Positions 35,226-46,236 of a stretch of 46,236 nt of DNA are shown here, piece after piece; positions within the stretch are counted from its first letter, which is position 1; each line of letters starts with the position of its first letter. Made by a program: the position numbers and the translations under genes. The DNA comes from Octopus bimaculoides. Taxonomy: Eukaryota. The notes below the pieces were generated by a model. The model had not been told where the DNA came from. It saw nothing but the letters and a program-made list of their open reading frames with translations, and made no database searches. The DNA is taken from positions 64,244,325-64,290,560 of the forward strand of contig NC_068988.1 in NCBI RefSeq assembly GCF_001194135.2. Reading direction: 5' to 3'.

Positions 35226-36614
35226 CCATGTTTGTCAAGAATTTATTTAAGTCATGTGTACCGTTTAGAACTCCGGTTAAAGAAAGCCAAAATATGACCA
35301 TCTTCACAGAACATTCGATACTGATGGAATAAAGTGGTGAAGATAATGAGAAATCCTTAGATGGGAAACCAAGTCCAAAAGGTTGCTACAGCGTAGGTCC
35401 CAGTAAATTCATTGAGGGCCAAGCAGTGTGTTAAATTGGGCAACAGATAAAGTCCACAACACAGGAACATGTATAGTCTGTACGACAGACTTTCAGTACA
35501 GTGTCAGTCCGTCCAATTTCTGTCACATTGCTTGAGTGAATTGGAAACTAGGATAAAAAATTTTTACCTATTGGGTCGTCGTCAGGTATTGTATACCTGC
35601 AGTGCATTGATGACATGACAACGAAATTCTTCCCAACTAAGCGTAAGTTCTCCAGCTGCCTTGCCATTCTTGTCCAATCAACTCATGATAATGTCCATCC
35701 ATTGCACTCTTTACTTGCCTCTTGAACTACTAACCCCTACCATTTTTTTTTTTTTTTCCACGATAATGTTTTCTAGACCTCTGCTTCTCCGAATGTTGCC
35801 TTAATAGATGAGCTTTTCGTTTTGGGGGTTTTGTTTTGTTTTGTTTGTTTGTTTGTTTTTCATAATGTTCGGTTGTTGTCTTACTCAATAAGCCACGTCT
35901 GAAAAATTGAACAACTGAAAAACAGATGGGATGGTCACCGATAGAATACTTCGATCATAGGTCTGCATTATTAGATATGACCTTAGATTTCAACTTATAA
36001 ACCAATCAACCATGCTGGTATAATAGTCTTTATATGAATATGTATGTGTGTCTAGTAATGTCTACGCATTCCTTTGGGATTCCACGAAATGTTTCTGACC
36101 TTTGAGCATTCTCATTTATATTCTTCTGTAAGGCCATCGTCCGTTGTTTGCATTAATTTATGTCGATTTAATTAGTATTTTCTATGTAATTATCTTCATC
36201 TTTGTGCATATCTTTCCGTTTTCAATTCCGTGTTCGTTGTTTATGTTCAAGGAGTGTGATATGCAAAGCAATGATTTCACAGGCGACTGTGTGTGTATAT
36301 ACGCATACATTACATATGAGTTCATACAATATATTGAGTACAAAGTTTAAATGTTTTGCCCTCTCACAGAAAGAAAATATAACATAAATACATCCACACA
36401 TACATGTACGCATATATATGAGTGACTACGAGTGTATATGTGTATTAAACTATGCACTAAACATCAATGATGGGGATTTTTTGAACGTCTCTGTATTTAT
36501 TTTATACCTGTGTAGATTGTGTATGCATACACACGTTTAAATTCAACTTAATATGTATACATCAATCACATCCATATCTTTCGAATCATACACGCACATA
36601 TATACAAATACAGA

Positions 36615-36732
<118 letters not shown>

Positions 36733-38094
36733 ATTTAATGTATACAGTGTTGAGAAAATAGCTTCATGCCATGGACACACAAATACATACAAATACACAC
36801 CATCATATACATACATACAAAAAGATATGTGTATGTATATTCGCTTCAGCAAATTATATACTTCGTTTTAAGACAATTTTTTTTTATAAAATAATGATAT
36901 ATTAAAAATTGATATATCATTATCATCAACAACAACAAAAGCATCATCGGTAGTAATATCAACTACAACAACAACGTCAACAGCGAAGTAACAACTGATT
37001 TCGACGAACAAAACCTCAAAGCAAAAGGAACGTAAAACAGCACCCTGTTTCACTCCTTCCGAATTCTTCATGCGGCAGCTTATCACTATGCAAACGGAGT
37101 GTGGTTTGTCGTCACAAAACTACAATAGCATCATTAAATTATATCACAACTCTCTCTCTCTATTTCTTTCTCTCTTTCTTTCTCTCTCTTTCTTTCAATT
37201 TCTCTCTCTCTCTGTCGATATAGTCTTTGCTACATGTTTGCCCCAAAGGTCAGTGTAACTAAACTATTTAAAAATGGAAAACATGTACAGTGTTGTGTTC
37301 ACAGAGAATTGTAATTCCAGGCTTTCATCAGATATGGAAATAAAATTTAATATTTAAACGAGATTATTTCAAAACAACCCTTTGCAGATTCCCAATATAC
37401 TACAATGGTTGTCTTGTCTTATCATTTATACACACAAGTGTGTGTTTGTGTATAAAGACAAATACTTACACACACTATGCATACACACAAACGCAAACAC
37501 CCTAACACATTTATGAACACACACACGTATACTTTGATATATACATAAAAGCATACATGCAGATATATTCATACATATACAGGTATACACATACATATAT
37601 ATGCGTATATNNNNNNNNNNNNNNNNNNNNNNNNNNNNNNNNNNNNNNNNNNNNNNNNNNNNNNNNNNNNNNNNNNNNNNNNNNNNNNNNNNNNNNNNNN
37701 NNNNNNNNNNNNNNNNNNNNNNNNNNNNNNNNNNNNNNNNNNNNNNNNNNNNNNNNNNNNNNNNNNNNNNNNNNNNNNNNNNNNNNNNNNNNNNNNNNNN
37801 NNNNNNNNNNNNNNNNNNNNNNNNNNNNNNNNNNNNNNNNNNNNNNNNNNNNNNNNNNNNNNNNNNNNNNNNNNNNNNNNNNNNNNNNNNNNNNNNNNNN
37901 NNNNNNNNNNNNNNNNNNNNNNNNNNNNNNNNNNNNNNNNNNNNNNNNNNNNNNNNNNNNNNNNNNNNNNNNNNNNNNNNNNNNNNNNNNNNNNNNNNNN
38001 NNNNNNNNNNNNNNNNNNNNNNNNNNNNNNNNNNNNNNNNNNNNNNNNNNNNNNNNNNNNNNNNNNNNNNNNNNNNNNNNNNNNNNNNNNNNNN

Positions 38095-38128
<34 letters not shown>

Positions 38129-38185
38129 GTGAATGCATATATACATATATATTTGTATATATAGGTGTTTGTGTGTGCGTGTATA

Positions 38186-39032
38186 CAGGGTGTCCCAAAA
38201 GTCACTGATGGGTCTTGATTTTTAATAACTTCCCTAACTATACCAGTAAATGCATGAAATTTTGATACAATATAAAGGACATAATGGAAATTAATATGCA
38301 CAAGTCAATTTTTACAACACCATTACATTACATATGAAAAATGACAACACTTAAATGACAGCCATTTTCGGCTTCGCATGCCTGTGCTCTTTCCAAAACT
38401 TGCGCCATAACACTCTTAAGAGTTTCAGACCCCACTTCTCTGATTTTTCGGTTGATGTTCTCCTTCAGTTGCACCAGGGTCTCCGGTTTGTTGACGTAAA
38501 CCCTCCCTTTCAAGTATCCATAACTGGACCGTTTTTGCGCCCGGCCACTTAATGTAGACCTCACATATGGTTCCAGCAAGATGGGTCTCATACCGCAAGA
38601 GAAACAATGCAGTTGCTACGGCAGTGCTTTGGAGAGAACAATCTCCCGCTACGGCAATGTCAACTGGCCTCCACGTTCCACAGACTGGACTAGCTCGGAT
38701 TATTTTTTTCTTGTAGGGATACCTGAAAGAGAGGATTTACGTCAACAAATAGGCGACCTTGGTGCAACTGAAGAACATCAATAGAGAAATCAGAAGTGGG
38801 GCATTTTTGATGGTGTTATGTTGCAAGTTTTGGAAAGAGCACGGGCGTGTGATGCCGAAAATGGCTGCCATTTAAGCGATGTTATTTTTCATATGCGATA
38901 TAATATGGTTGTACAATTTGACTTATGCGCATAATTTCCATCATGTCCTTTATACTGTATCAAGCTTTCATGAACTGTTTTCTAAAGTTAAGAAAATTAT
39001 TAAAAATTGAAGCCCAATGACAACAACACCTA
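38186..39032. mobile_element. Fold-back DD41D (rosa-type) mariner derivative built from two 3' ends
   Basis: TA-cagggtgtcccaaaag TIR; 38186-38520 is an inverted copy of 38717-39030; centre encodes HIWFQQDG...SRYGNVNWPPRSTDWTSSDYF; both arms encode GYLK.RVYVNK...LKENI...ENGCHL. Confidence 0.85.
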
Positions 39033-39448
39033 CAATGGCAGCAACGTGAGCGAACACACAAACACAGTGGGTTACAAGAACGGTACATAAAGCCGGGTTC
39101 AAGGGCAGCACAAACGGGGTAGGGGATGGAGCTGAGGGGACGGGGCTGAGGGGAGGGTCACAATGCTGCTAAGAATAATCACACACACACGCACACACAC
39201 ACACACACACACATGCACACACACACACATGCGCACATAAGGATTTACATCACAGAAAAACAGAATGGAATTAGCAGGGCAAGTGCACACACGAAGACGG
39301 AAAGTGTCGCCGAAGAGGTCACAGATGTGTGACGAAAAATTTCCGGACAATGGACATTAGTTAAAATAAGATCAGTATTAAAGGAGTGAAGAACGAATAT
39401 ATAATGCGTTTTTATTTGGCAAAACAAAATAAATGACCATCCCGAAAT

Positions 39449-39490
<42 letters not shown>

Positions 39491-40159
39491 GAGTGTGTGT
39501 ATGTGTGTGTATATATGTGTGTGTGTATGTATATCAGTTTATATATGTAAGTGAAATGGTAGGAAACAAGCATTGACTATTGGTTGTTACATTAAATAGA
39601 TATCCAATAAAAAAAAACCCACTTATTAAGATAATCAGGAAGTTATTGATTTTGGTCGTTTGATAGACAAAACTATATTGTGTTATATGATATGCAGAAT
39701 CTTTAACATTGCCAAGATATAGCAACAACGTAGGATCTACATATTGTGTGGGAAATTCATTGTAATTTATAATAGAAAATAGTACAAAGGTGATAATTAT
39801 TGGTGTGATTTCTATTTATATTAATATTTGAAAACTGCGAGTTTGTTATTAGTATGTTTGTCAATACACATTATTACATTTCTGAATAGATGCTTTATAC
39901 TAAATGTCAGCCATAAAAGAAAGGCGGAAGAGATATGTGGTGGCATAAAAGATATCAAAAGATATTATGTTGATTATCTAATGTAAGATTTGATTATCTA
40001 ATGTAAGATGGATATTAGTGTAGGGTTTCCAATTTCCAAAGATTAAAAGATTATTTCGCTAAAGTATGTCTTATTGGTTAGATGTTATGCAACACAGATC
40101 AGATAAGAGAGAATTGGAGACAGAGGTGAATTAAATATCATGTGTGATAAGGCTTGTGT

Positions 40160-41210
40160 TGGGAGATTCGTTAGAACGCCGGACAAAATCCCTTGCGGCA
40201 TTTGTTCCAGTTCTTTACGTTTTTATTTCAAATCCCGTCGAAGTTAACTTTGTCTTTTATCCTTGTGATGTTGATAAAATAAAATACCAGTAAAATACTG
40301 CGGCCGATGGTATCGATTAACCGGTTCCTGTAAAAATTACTCGCCCTGTGCTTTAATTAACAGCTATATTACTGGAAGAGGTGGAGCGGTGTGAAAGAGT
40401 AATTATGTTGGGAATCTAATGCAATATTGATTTCCAATTTTGGCACAACGCCAGAAATTTCATGGGAGGGGTTAGCCGATTAGATCGATTCCAGTGCTCA
40501 ACTGGAATTTATTTGATCGGCCCCGAAAGGATGAGAGACAAAGTCGACCTCGGCGGAATTTGAACTCAGGACGTAAAGACAGACGAAATACCGCTAAGCA
40601 TTTTGCCCGGCGTGCCAATGATTCTGCCAGCTCGCCGCCTTAAATATCGGATTAATATTAATAATGTGTGGTTCTGAGTTCAAATTCTGCCGAGGGTGAC
40701 CTTGCCTTTCATTCCACGACGTCGATAAAATAGTACCAGTTAAGCACTGTGGCCGATGTGATCGACAAGCCCCTCAGCCAGAATTTTAGTCCTTGTACCT
40801 ATACTAGAAGGTGATATCAATATTATGTATAGAAAGCAAGGCGGCGAACTGGCAAAAGAGTTAGCATGCTTCGAGTTCAAATTCCGCCGAGATCGACTTT
40901 GCCTTTCATCCTCTCGGGATCGATAAACATAAGTAGCCGTCGAGTACTGTCGTCGTTGTAATCGAGTTGCCACTCACCCGAAGTTGCTGGCCTTGTGCCA
41001 AAATTTGAAACCAATATTATGTATTGTATTATCAAAAAGGTGACGAAAGGCTGGAGCTGGCAGAATCATTAGCACGCTGGACAAAATGGTTACCGACATA
41101 TCGTCCGTCTTTACGTTCTGACTTCAAATTCTGCCGAGGTCGGCCTTACTGGCCTTGATCCAAACTTTGAAATCAAAGGCAATAAGCTGGCAGACTCGTA
41201 AGCGAGTCGG
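40160..41210. mobile_element. Cluster of SINE A copies: 40160-40350 (+), 40431-40642 (-), 40668-40815 (+), 40838-41012 (+), 41050-41210 (+)
   Basis: Repeated heads ggcggcgagctggcagaatc and B-box gagttcaaattc. Confidence 0.8.
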
Positions 41211-41350
41211 ATAAAGTACTTATAACATGTAGAATATTGGGTTCAAACCCCTTGGATGAGAGGATTGTGGGGCCTCGAGTAACATCTTTTGTAAACCTGA
41301 CAGATGTTCGAATCTTTTTACCAAAATGATTCTTTGAACTTTCTCCATTT

Positions 41351-41555
41351 ACACGCTGGCTTAGTGGTTAAGGTAATTCGGCTCACAGTCGTAAGTTATG
41401 AGTTCGATTCCCGGCGTCGCGTTGTGTCCTCGAGCAAGATACTGTATTTTACGTTACTCCAGTCCACTCAGCTAGCAAAAAATGAATTGTACCTGTAATT
41501 CAAAGCGTCAACCTTATTGCATTTTATGTCACTGAATCTCCTTGAGAACTACATT
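41351..41555 (+). mobile_element. SINE family D, 3' truncated
   Basis: ctggcttagtggttaagg...gagttcgattccc...gttgtgtcctcgagcaagatac...gtccactcagctagc. Confidence 0.8.
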
Positions 41556-41835
41556 CCAATTCACTCACAAGGCATCGCTAGGCCTGGGGTTATAGTAGAT
41601 AACAGATATAAGCCCCACGAAGCATCAACACGACTTCACAACGGTTAAACTGGATTATATGTAAACATTATCGATGATTTCTACATAGTATATGTTTTGC
41701 TTATATTCCTATTAGCTGTTGGATAGCGTCCTGGGATACATTCCTTCACGACTTTGACACTCTGCCTAGGTGCCGCGCAGTTAGACGGAACCCGAAACCA
41801 TGTGGTCGCAAAGCAAGCTTCTTAAGCACACAACC
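41556..41835 (-). mobile_element. SINE B 5' half split by ~150 bp of unrelated sequence
   Basis: ctcacaaggc...ggttatagtaga at 41556-41600 and gaacccgaaaccatgtggtcgcaaagcaagcttctt at 41760-41835. Confidence 0.6.
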
Positions 41836-41879
41836 AACCCATGTTTATCAATGCGAACAAAAGAAAACATTTGTTGTTC

Positions 41880-42429
41880 AGAAAATGTTAGTGGAATATG
41901 AGGGAAAAAATGTTAAAATTTCATGGGCTTTGAATATGACTGAAGAGTTTTTGTTACAGAATCCTGATGCTTTTCCAAACTTCTTATCGAGATTTTTGTT
42001 TATCAACAACCGTATCGATAGTTTGGATTTTTTTTTTAAACCAAATTCTTTCTGTTATTGCCAGGCAGATTTATTTTCTTTCCTAATATTTACTACCTCA
42101 TTCATGTACGGTATGGTATTTTCACTGTAGTTTTCTGTTCTTCTTCTCTGATTTCCTAATTTATGTTCAACATAAATTTTCTTTTCTGGAATATTTTCTG
42201 CTCTAGTTAAGGGGCTTTCGACTTGTTCTTCTATTGTATTCCTTACTTTGTTTTTTTCGTTCTTGTCATGCTTTCATGTTGCATTCGTAAATGATGTTTT
42301 CATTGTAAAAGGCTGTTCTTCTTGTTTGATTTCCTGTTTTACAGGGATTTTCATCTTTACTTGTAGCATGTTGTTACAAAATGGGTTTTTTTTCTGCTGT
42401 AGCAAAGACGATCTTATTTTCTCTGGTAA

Positions 42430-42430
<1 letters not shown>
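41880..42430 (-). pseudogene. Decayed K/E/N-rich reading frame, possibly a retroelement ORF1
   Basis: One minus-strand frame runs ~180 codons with only two internal stops (LPEKIRSS...TNAT*KHDKNEKNKVRNTIEEQVESP...SAWQ*QKEFGLKK...STNIF*); no family recognised. Confidence 0.3.
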
Positions 42431-42459
<29 letters not shown>

Positions 42460-42461
<2 letters not shown>

Positions 42462-42993
42462 GGCGGCAAACTGGCAGAATCGTTAGCACGCCGAGTAAAA
42501 CGCTTAACGGGATTGTGTTCGTCATTACGTTCTGACTTCGTTACCACGCCGTACAAAAGGCTAAGAGGATTTTCGCCCATCTTCACGTGTTGAGTTTAAA
42601 TTCCCCCGGGGTCGACTCAGCCTTTCACCCTTTCGGTGTCGATTAAATAAATACCAGTCGAATGTAAATGACTAGTCTCCTCCCGCAAAATTTCAGGTCT
42701 TGTGCCTATAGTAGAAAAGATTATTATTATTATTATTATTATTGTTATTATTGTAGTTGTTATTATAGCTGTTGCTATTGTTAAAGCGACGAACTGGCAG
42801 AATCGTTAGTACGTCGGACAAAATGCTTGGTGGTATTTCGTCCGTCTTCACGTTCTGAATTCAAATTTCGCCGAGGTTGACTTTGCCTTTCATCCTTTCG
42901 AGGTCGTTAAAGTAAGTTCCAGTCGAGTACTGCGATCGATGTAATCGACTTACCTGCTTCTCCGAAGTTGCTGGCCTTGTGCCAGAATTTGAA

Positions 42994-43025
<32 letters not shown>

Positions 43026-43236
43026 GGCGACGAGCTGGCAGAATTGTTAGCACGCCGGGCAAAATGCTTAGTGGTATTTTGTCTGTTCTTAAGTTTTTAG
43101 TTCAAATTCCGCCGAGATCGACTTTGTCTTTCATCCTTTCGGGGTCGATAAAGTAAGTACCATTGGAACAGTGGGGTCGATGTAATCGACTAGTCCCCTC
43201 CCCATAAATTTCAGGCCTTGTGCCTTTAGTAGAAGC
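42460..43236 (+). mobile_element. Head-to-tail array of four SINE A units, the last three separated by (TTA)n
   Basis: Units start at ~42460, ~42541, 42783 and 43024; tails of type 2, 3 and 2. Confidence 0.9.
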
Positions 43237-43269
43237 ATTATTATTATCATTATTATTATTATTTTAAAA

Positions 43270-43891
43270 AGGATTAATGTAACTCTTTACAAAGGTAAAC
43301 AGTCAAGACGTTTCAAACAGGTATTTCCTCAGCCACCTATTGTAGCCTTTAGACGGAATAAGAATATAAGAGAATTATTAACCTCTATTTCTGACTCCAA
43401 GGAAGCGAACATTGGGGAATCTGCACGTTGTACCTTGAAAAACAGCCGCAAGAGAGGTAAGCCCTTTTCATTGTGCAACAACATGAGTCAAGTGAATTCC
43501 ATCAGAAATCATAACAGAAATGTTATGATTTGTACAGAGGGTGGGACATGTAGAGATTCCCATTTGGTGTACGCTGCAAAATGCACGAAACACAACTTGA
43601 TTTATGTTGGTTGTACAACAGAACAATTAAGCAAAAGGTTTAATGGGCACAGATTCGACGCCAGGCATAATAACAGTATTTCGACAGAACTTTCCGAGCG
43701 TTTCGTTTAAAGCGGCTGCAATTTTGAAAAAGACTTGAAAGTGCATATTCTCAGAAAATATTCTAAATCTACTTCACTTTCACTTCTCAGAATGCCCGAA
43801 GAGAAATATGTTTGGGGGTTAACGTCACGCCCTGGAGGAATGAATAAAATGACAGGAGAATATCATCAAATTTATACAAAACTGTTTGATT
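43270..43891 (+). mobile_element. Penelope-like (Neptune-type) 3' fragment with a GIY-YIG endonuclease
   Basis: FKQVFPQPPIVAFRRNKNIRELL (43312-43386); GTCRDSHLVYAAKCTKHNLIYVGCTTEQLSKRFNGHRFD; PGGMN at 43831; stop 43889-43891. Confidence 0.85.
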
Positions 43892-44089
43892 GAATATTCT
43901 TCTTTCTCCTTTTCTTTTTTCTTTCCTTTTTCTTCTGTCTTTTTTCTTACTTTTTCTTTTCGCCTGTTATAAAATTGTAACTTAAAAACTGATGATGTCA
44001 TTCCATCAACGCGTGGACGCTGGCTGCTCTCGTTCATACTTTATGCTTAAATTTCTATAATTTGTTGAACAACATCAATATCTCACAAT

Positions 44090-44335
44090 GAAGAAATGAA
44101 CTTCCATGCTGTCGCTTGACTTGCTAGACATAGTAACCAAATCCGCCGCAGCTCTCACTCTTCCACTTAACAAAATGGAAGGACACATTCAATGGGAGAT
44201 TCACCCTTGAAAAGATGAACATATTAGAACTTGTAGTCCTGGATGAGAAATGCGACAGGATTATAACAGCTGGAACACTTTTGATCATTGCCCTACCTTA
44301 TCAGAATTAACTTAGGGTTAAACAAAACAAAAAAA
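44090..44335 (+). repeat. Family E SINE-like repeat
   Basis: gacttgctagacatagtaaccaaatcc...ggaaggacacatt...ctggaacacttttgatcat...agggttaaacaaaac; pieces recur at 12580, 20846 and ~35925. Confidence 0.55.
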
Positions 44336-44369
44336 CAAGTACTTCTCATAAGAATAGATCTATAAAGGT

Positions 44370-44770
44370 GCAAGTGTAGCTGTGTGATAAGATGTTTGCT
44401 TGCCATCCACACGGCTCGGGGTTCAGTCCCACTGCATGGCACCCGAGGTATAAGTGTCTTCTGTTATAACCTCGAAGCCTTGTGAGCCGATTTGGTAAAT
44501 GGAAACTGAAAGAGACTCATCCTATATGTATATGGGCGCATGTGTCTGTGTGACTTTGTGCTTGTCTCCTAACACTAATTGACAACCAGTGTAGGTTTAT
44601 TTACGTCCCTACAATTTAGCAGTTCAGCAAAATAAAACCGATAGAATAAGTATCAGATTTTAAGAAAGAAAACAAAGAACTGTGGTCGATTTGTTCAGAA
44701 AAAAACCCTTCAAAATGATACCCCCAACATGGTCGTAGTCCAGTGATTAAAACAAGTAACGGATAAAAAG
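44370..44770 (+). mobile_element. Old full-length SINE B
   Basis: Head, short TA/TG centre, 3' half and degenerate tail all present. Confidence 0.8.
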
Positions 44771-44834
44771 ATATCAATCACAACCATCACCAACAACAAC
44801 GACAACAAGAACAACAAATCTTAACCTAAACCAT

Positions 44835-45400
44835 ACTCTTTTACTCTTTTACTCATTTCAGTCATTTGACTGTGGCCATGCTGGAGCACCACCTTTAGTC
44901 GAGCAAATCGACCCCAGGTCTTATTCTTTGTAAGCCTAATACTTATTCTATCGGTCTCTTTTGCCGAACCGCTAAGTTACGGGGACTTAAACACACCAGC
45001 ATCGGTTGTCAAACGATGTTGGGGGGACAAACACAAACACACATACATACATATNNNNNNNNNNNNNNNNNNNNNNNNNNNNNNNNNNNNNNNNNNNNNN
45101 NNNNNNNNNNNNNNNNNNNNNNNNNNNNNNNNNNNNNNNNNNNNNNNNNNNNNNNNNNNNNNNNNNNNNNNNNNNNNNNNNNNNNNNNNNNNNNNNNNNN
45201 NNNNNNNNNNNNNNNNNNNNNNNNNNTACACACACATATACGGCGGACTTCTTTCAGTTTCCGTCTACCAAATCTACTCACAAGGCTTTGGTCGGCCCGA
45301 GGCTATAGTAGAAGACACTTGCCTAAATTGCCACGCAGTGGGACTGAACCCAGAACCATGTGGTTCGCAAGCAAGCTACTTACCACACACCCACTCCTAC
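44835..45400 (-). mobile_element. Full-length SINE B with a gap in its central microsatellite
   Basis: Tail ggtggtgctccagcatggccacagtcaaatgactgaaatgagtaaaagag; head gtgtggtaagtagcttgcttgcgaacc. Confidence 0.9.
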
Positions 45401-45823
45401 ATTAACAATAACGAAATATAATTTATATTCGTTTTTTTTTTGTATTTTTTTTTTTTTAATCTGGTTTCGCATTAAAAGTCGGCTAGAAAATACTTCCCTC
45501 AGCCAATAGCCAATAGCGACATGAAATTTTATTTATGATAAAACTTAAACATTGTTACAATAATCAACTCTCCTTTTGTTGCTACTGCTGTAGTTGTTGT
45601 TGTTGATGTTGTTGTTAATGATGCTTTTCAAGAACGTTCAATTTCCTGATGTCGTCTTTGTTTTGTTGTTATTATCATTGTTGTTGTTGCTAGTGCTATG
45701 ATGTCTGTTGTGTTTAAGATTGTTGAGGTTCTTTTTTGTCGTTGATACCGGTAGTGGTGGTGGTGGTGGTGTTATTGTTTGTGATGGAGTGGTGGTGGTA
45801 TAGGTGTTTACTTTCTTGTTAAA

Positions 45824-45824
<1 letters not shown>

Positions 45825-45880
<56 letters not shown>
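45825..45880. repeat. (CT)n microsatellite
   Basis: Direct reading. Confidence 0.95.
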
Positions 45881-45884
<4 letters not shown>

Positions 45885-46236
45885 GTCTTTCTCTCTCAGT
45901 CTCTGTCGACACTTAATTTAAAATTATACAGTTCTCCTATCAGAACTGACTTAGTCATCCATTAATTGTTCCACTAAGTTTTCGTAGGGCGGAGTGGGGC
46001 AAGTGACGGTGTGGAGCAGGGGGTGCAGTACGGCTGAAGGGGGTGGGGGTCCGATTGTGGTGCGGTCTAACTATTTCTGATAAAACACACACCCAAACAC
46101 ACACATTCATATACACACATACATATATACTCTCATATATATGCATATATCCATATACATACCTAAATATATATACATGTATATGTATACATATACACAT
46201 AGATGTGTATGTATATATATATATATATATATATAT

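Noticed and set aside
42460-43236. CRISPR-like repeat-spacer array
   Set aside because: Units are ~200-bp SINEs with Pol III boxes in eukaryotic DNA; no constant short repeats or cas genes

Overview
Repeat-saturated, AT-rich animal genomic DNA from a gapped draft assembly. N gaps: 7254-7599, 15773-16321, 18413-18722, 19906-20005, 21341-22150, 26117-26449, 27799-28457, 29476-30233, 37611-38095, 45055-45226; most border simple repeats, mainly (TA)n. The SINE families and microsatellite load look like Octopus (inference from recalled repeat families, no search run). Nearly all ORFs in the supplied track are microsatellite or N-run artefacts, and no host gene could be identified. Supportable content: (1) about 30 copies or fragments of tRNA-derived SINEs, which I label families A-D, plus a family E repeat; (2) decayed retroelements: three Penelope-like (PLE) fragments, a Dong/R4-type RLE LINE 3' end and a CR1-type LINE 3' end; (3) Tc1/mariner remnants of three lineages (DD34D, DD37D/maT, DD41D/rosa) plus several MITEs and long palindromes; (4) a few weak minus-strand exon candidates. 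The most interesting signal is a minimal type I hammerhead ribozyme core (30722-30763) in a short non-coding repeat, in a window that also holds PLE remnants. Also notable: a LINE-SINE 3' tail match, (TTA)n-associated SINE arrays and several fold-back elements. Boundaries were read by eye and are approximate, roughly within 10-20 bp for old repeats.
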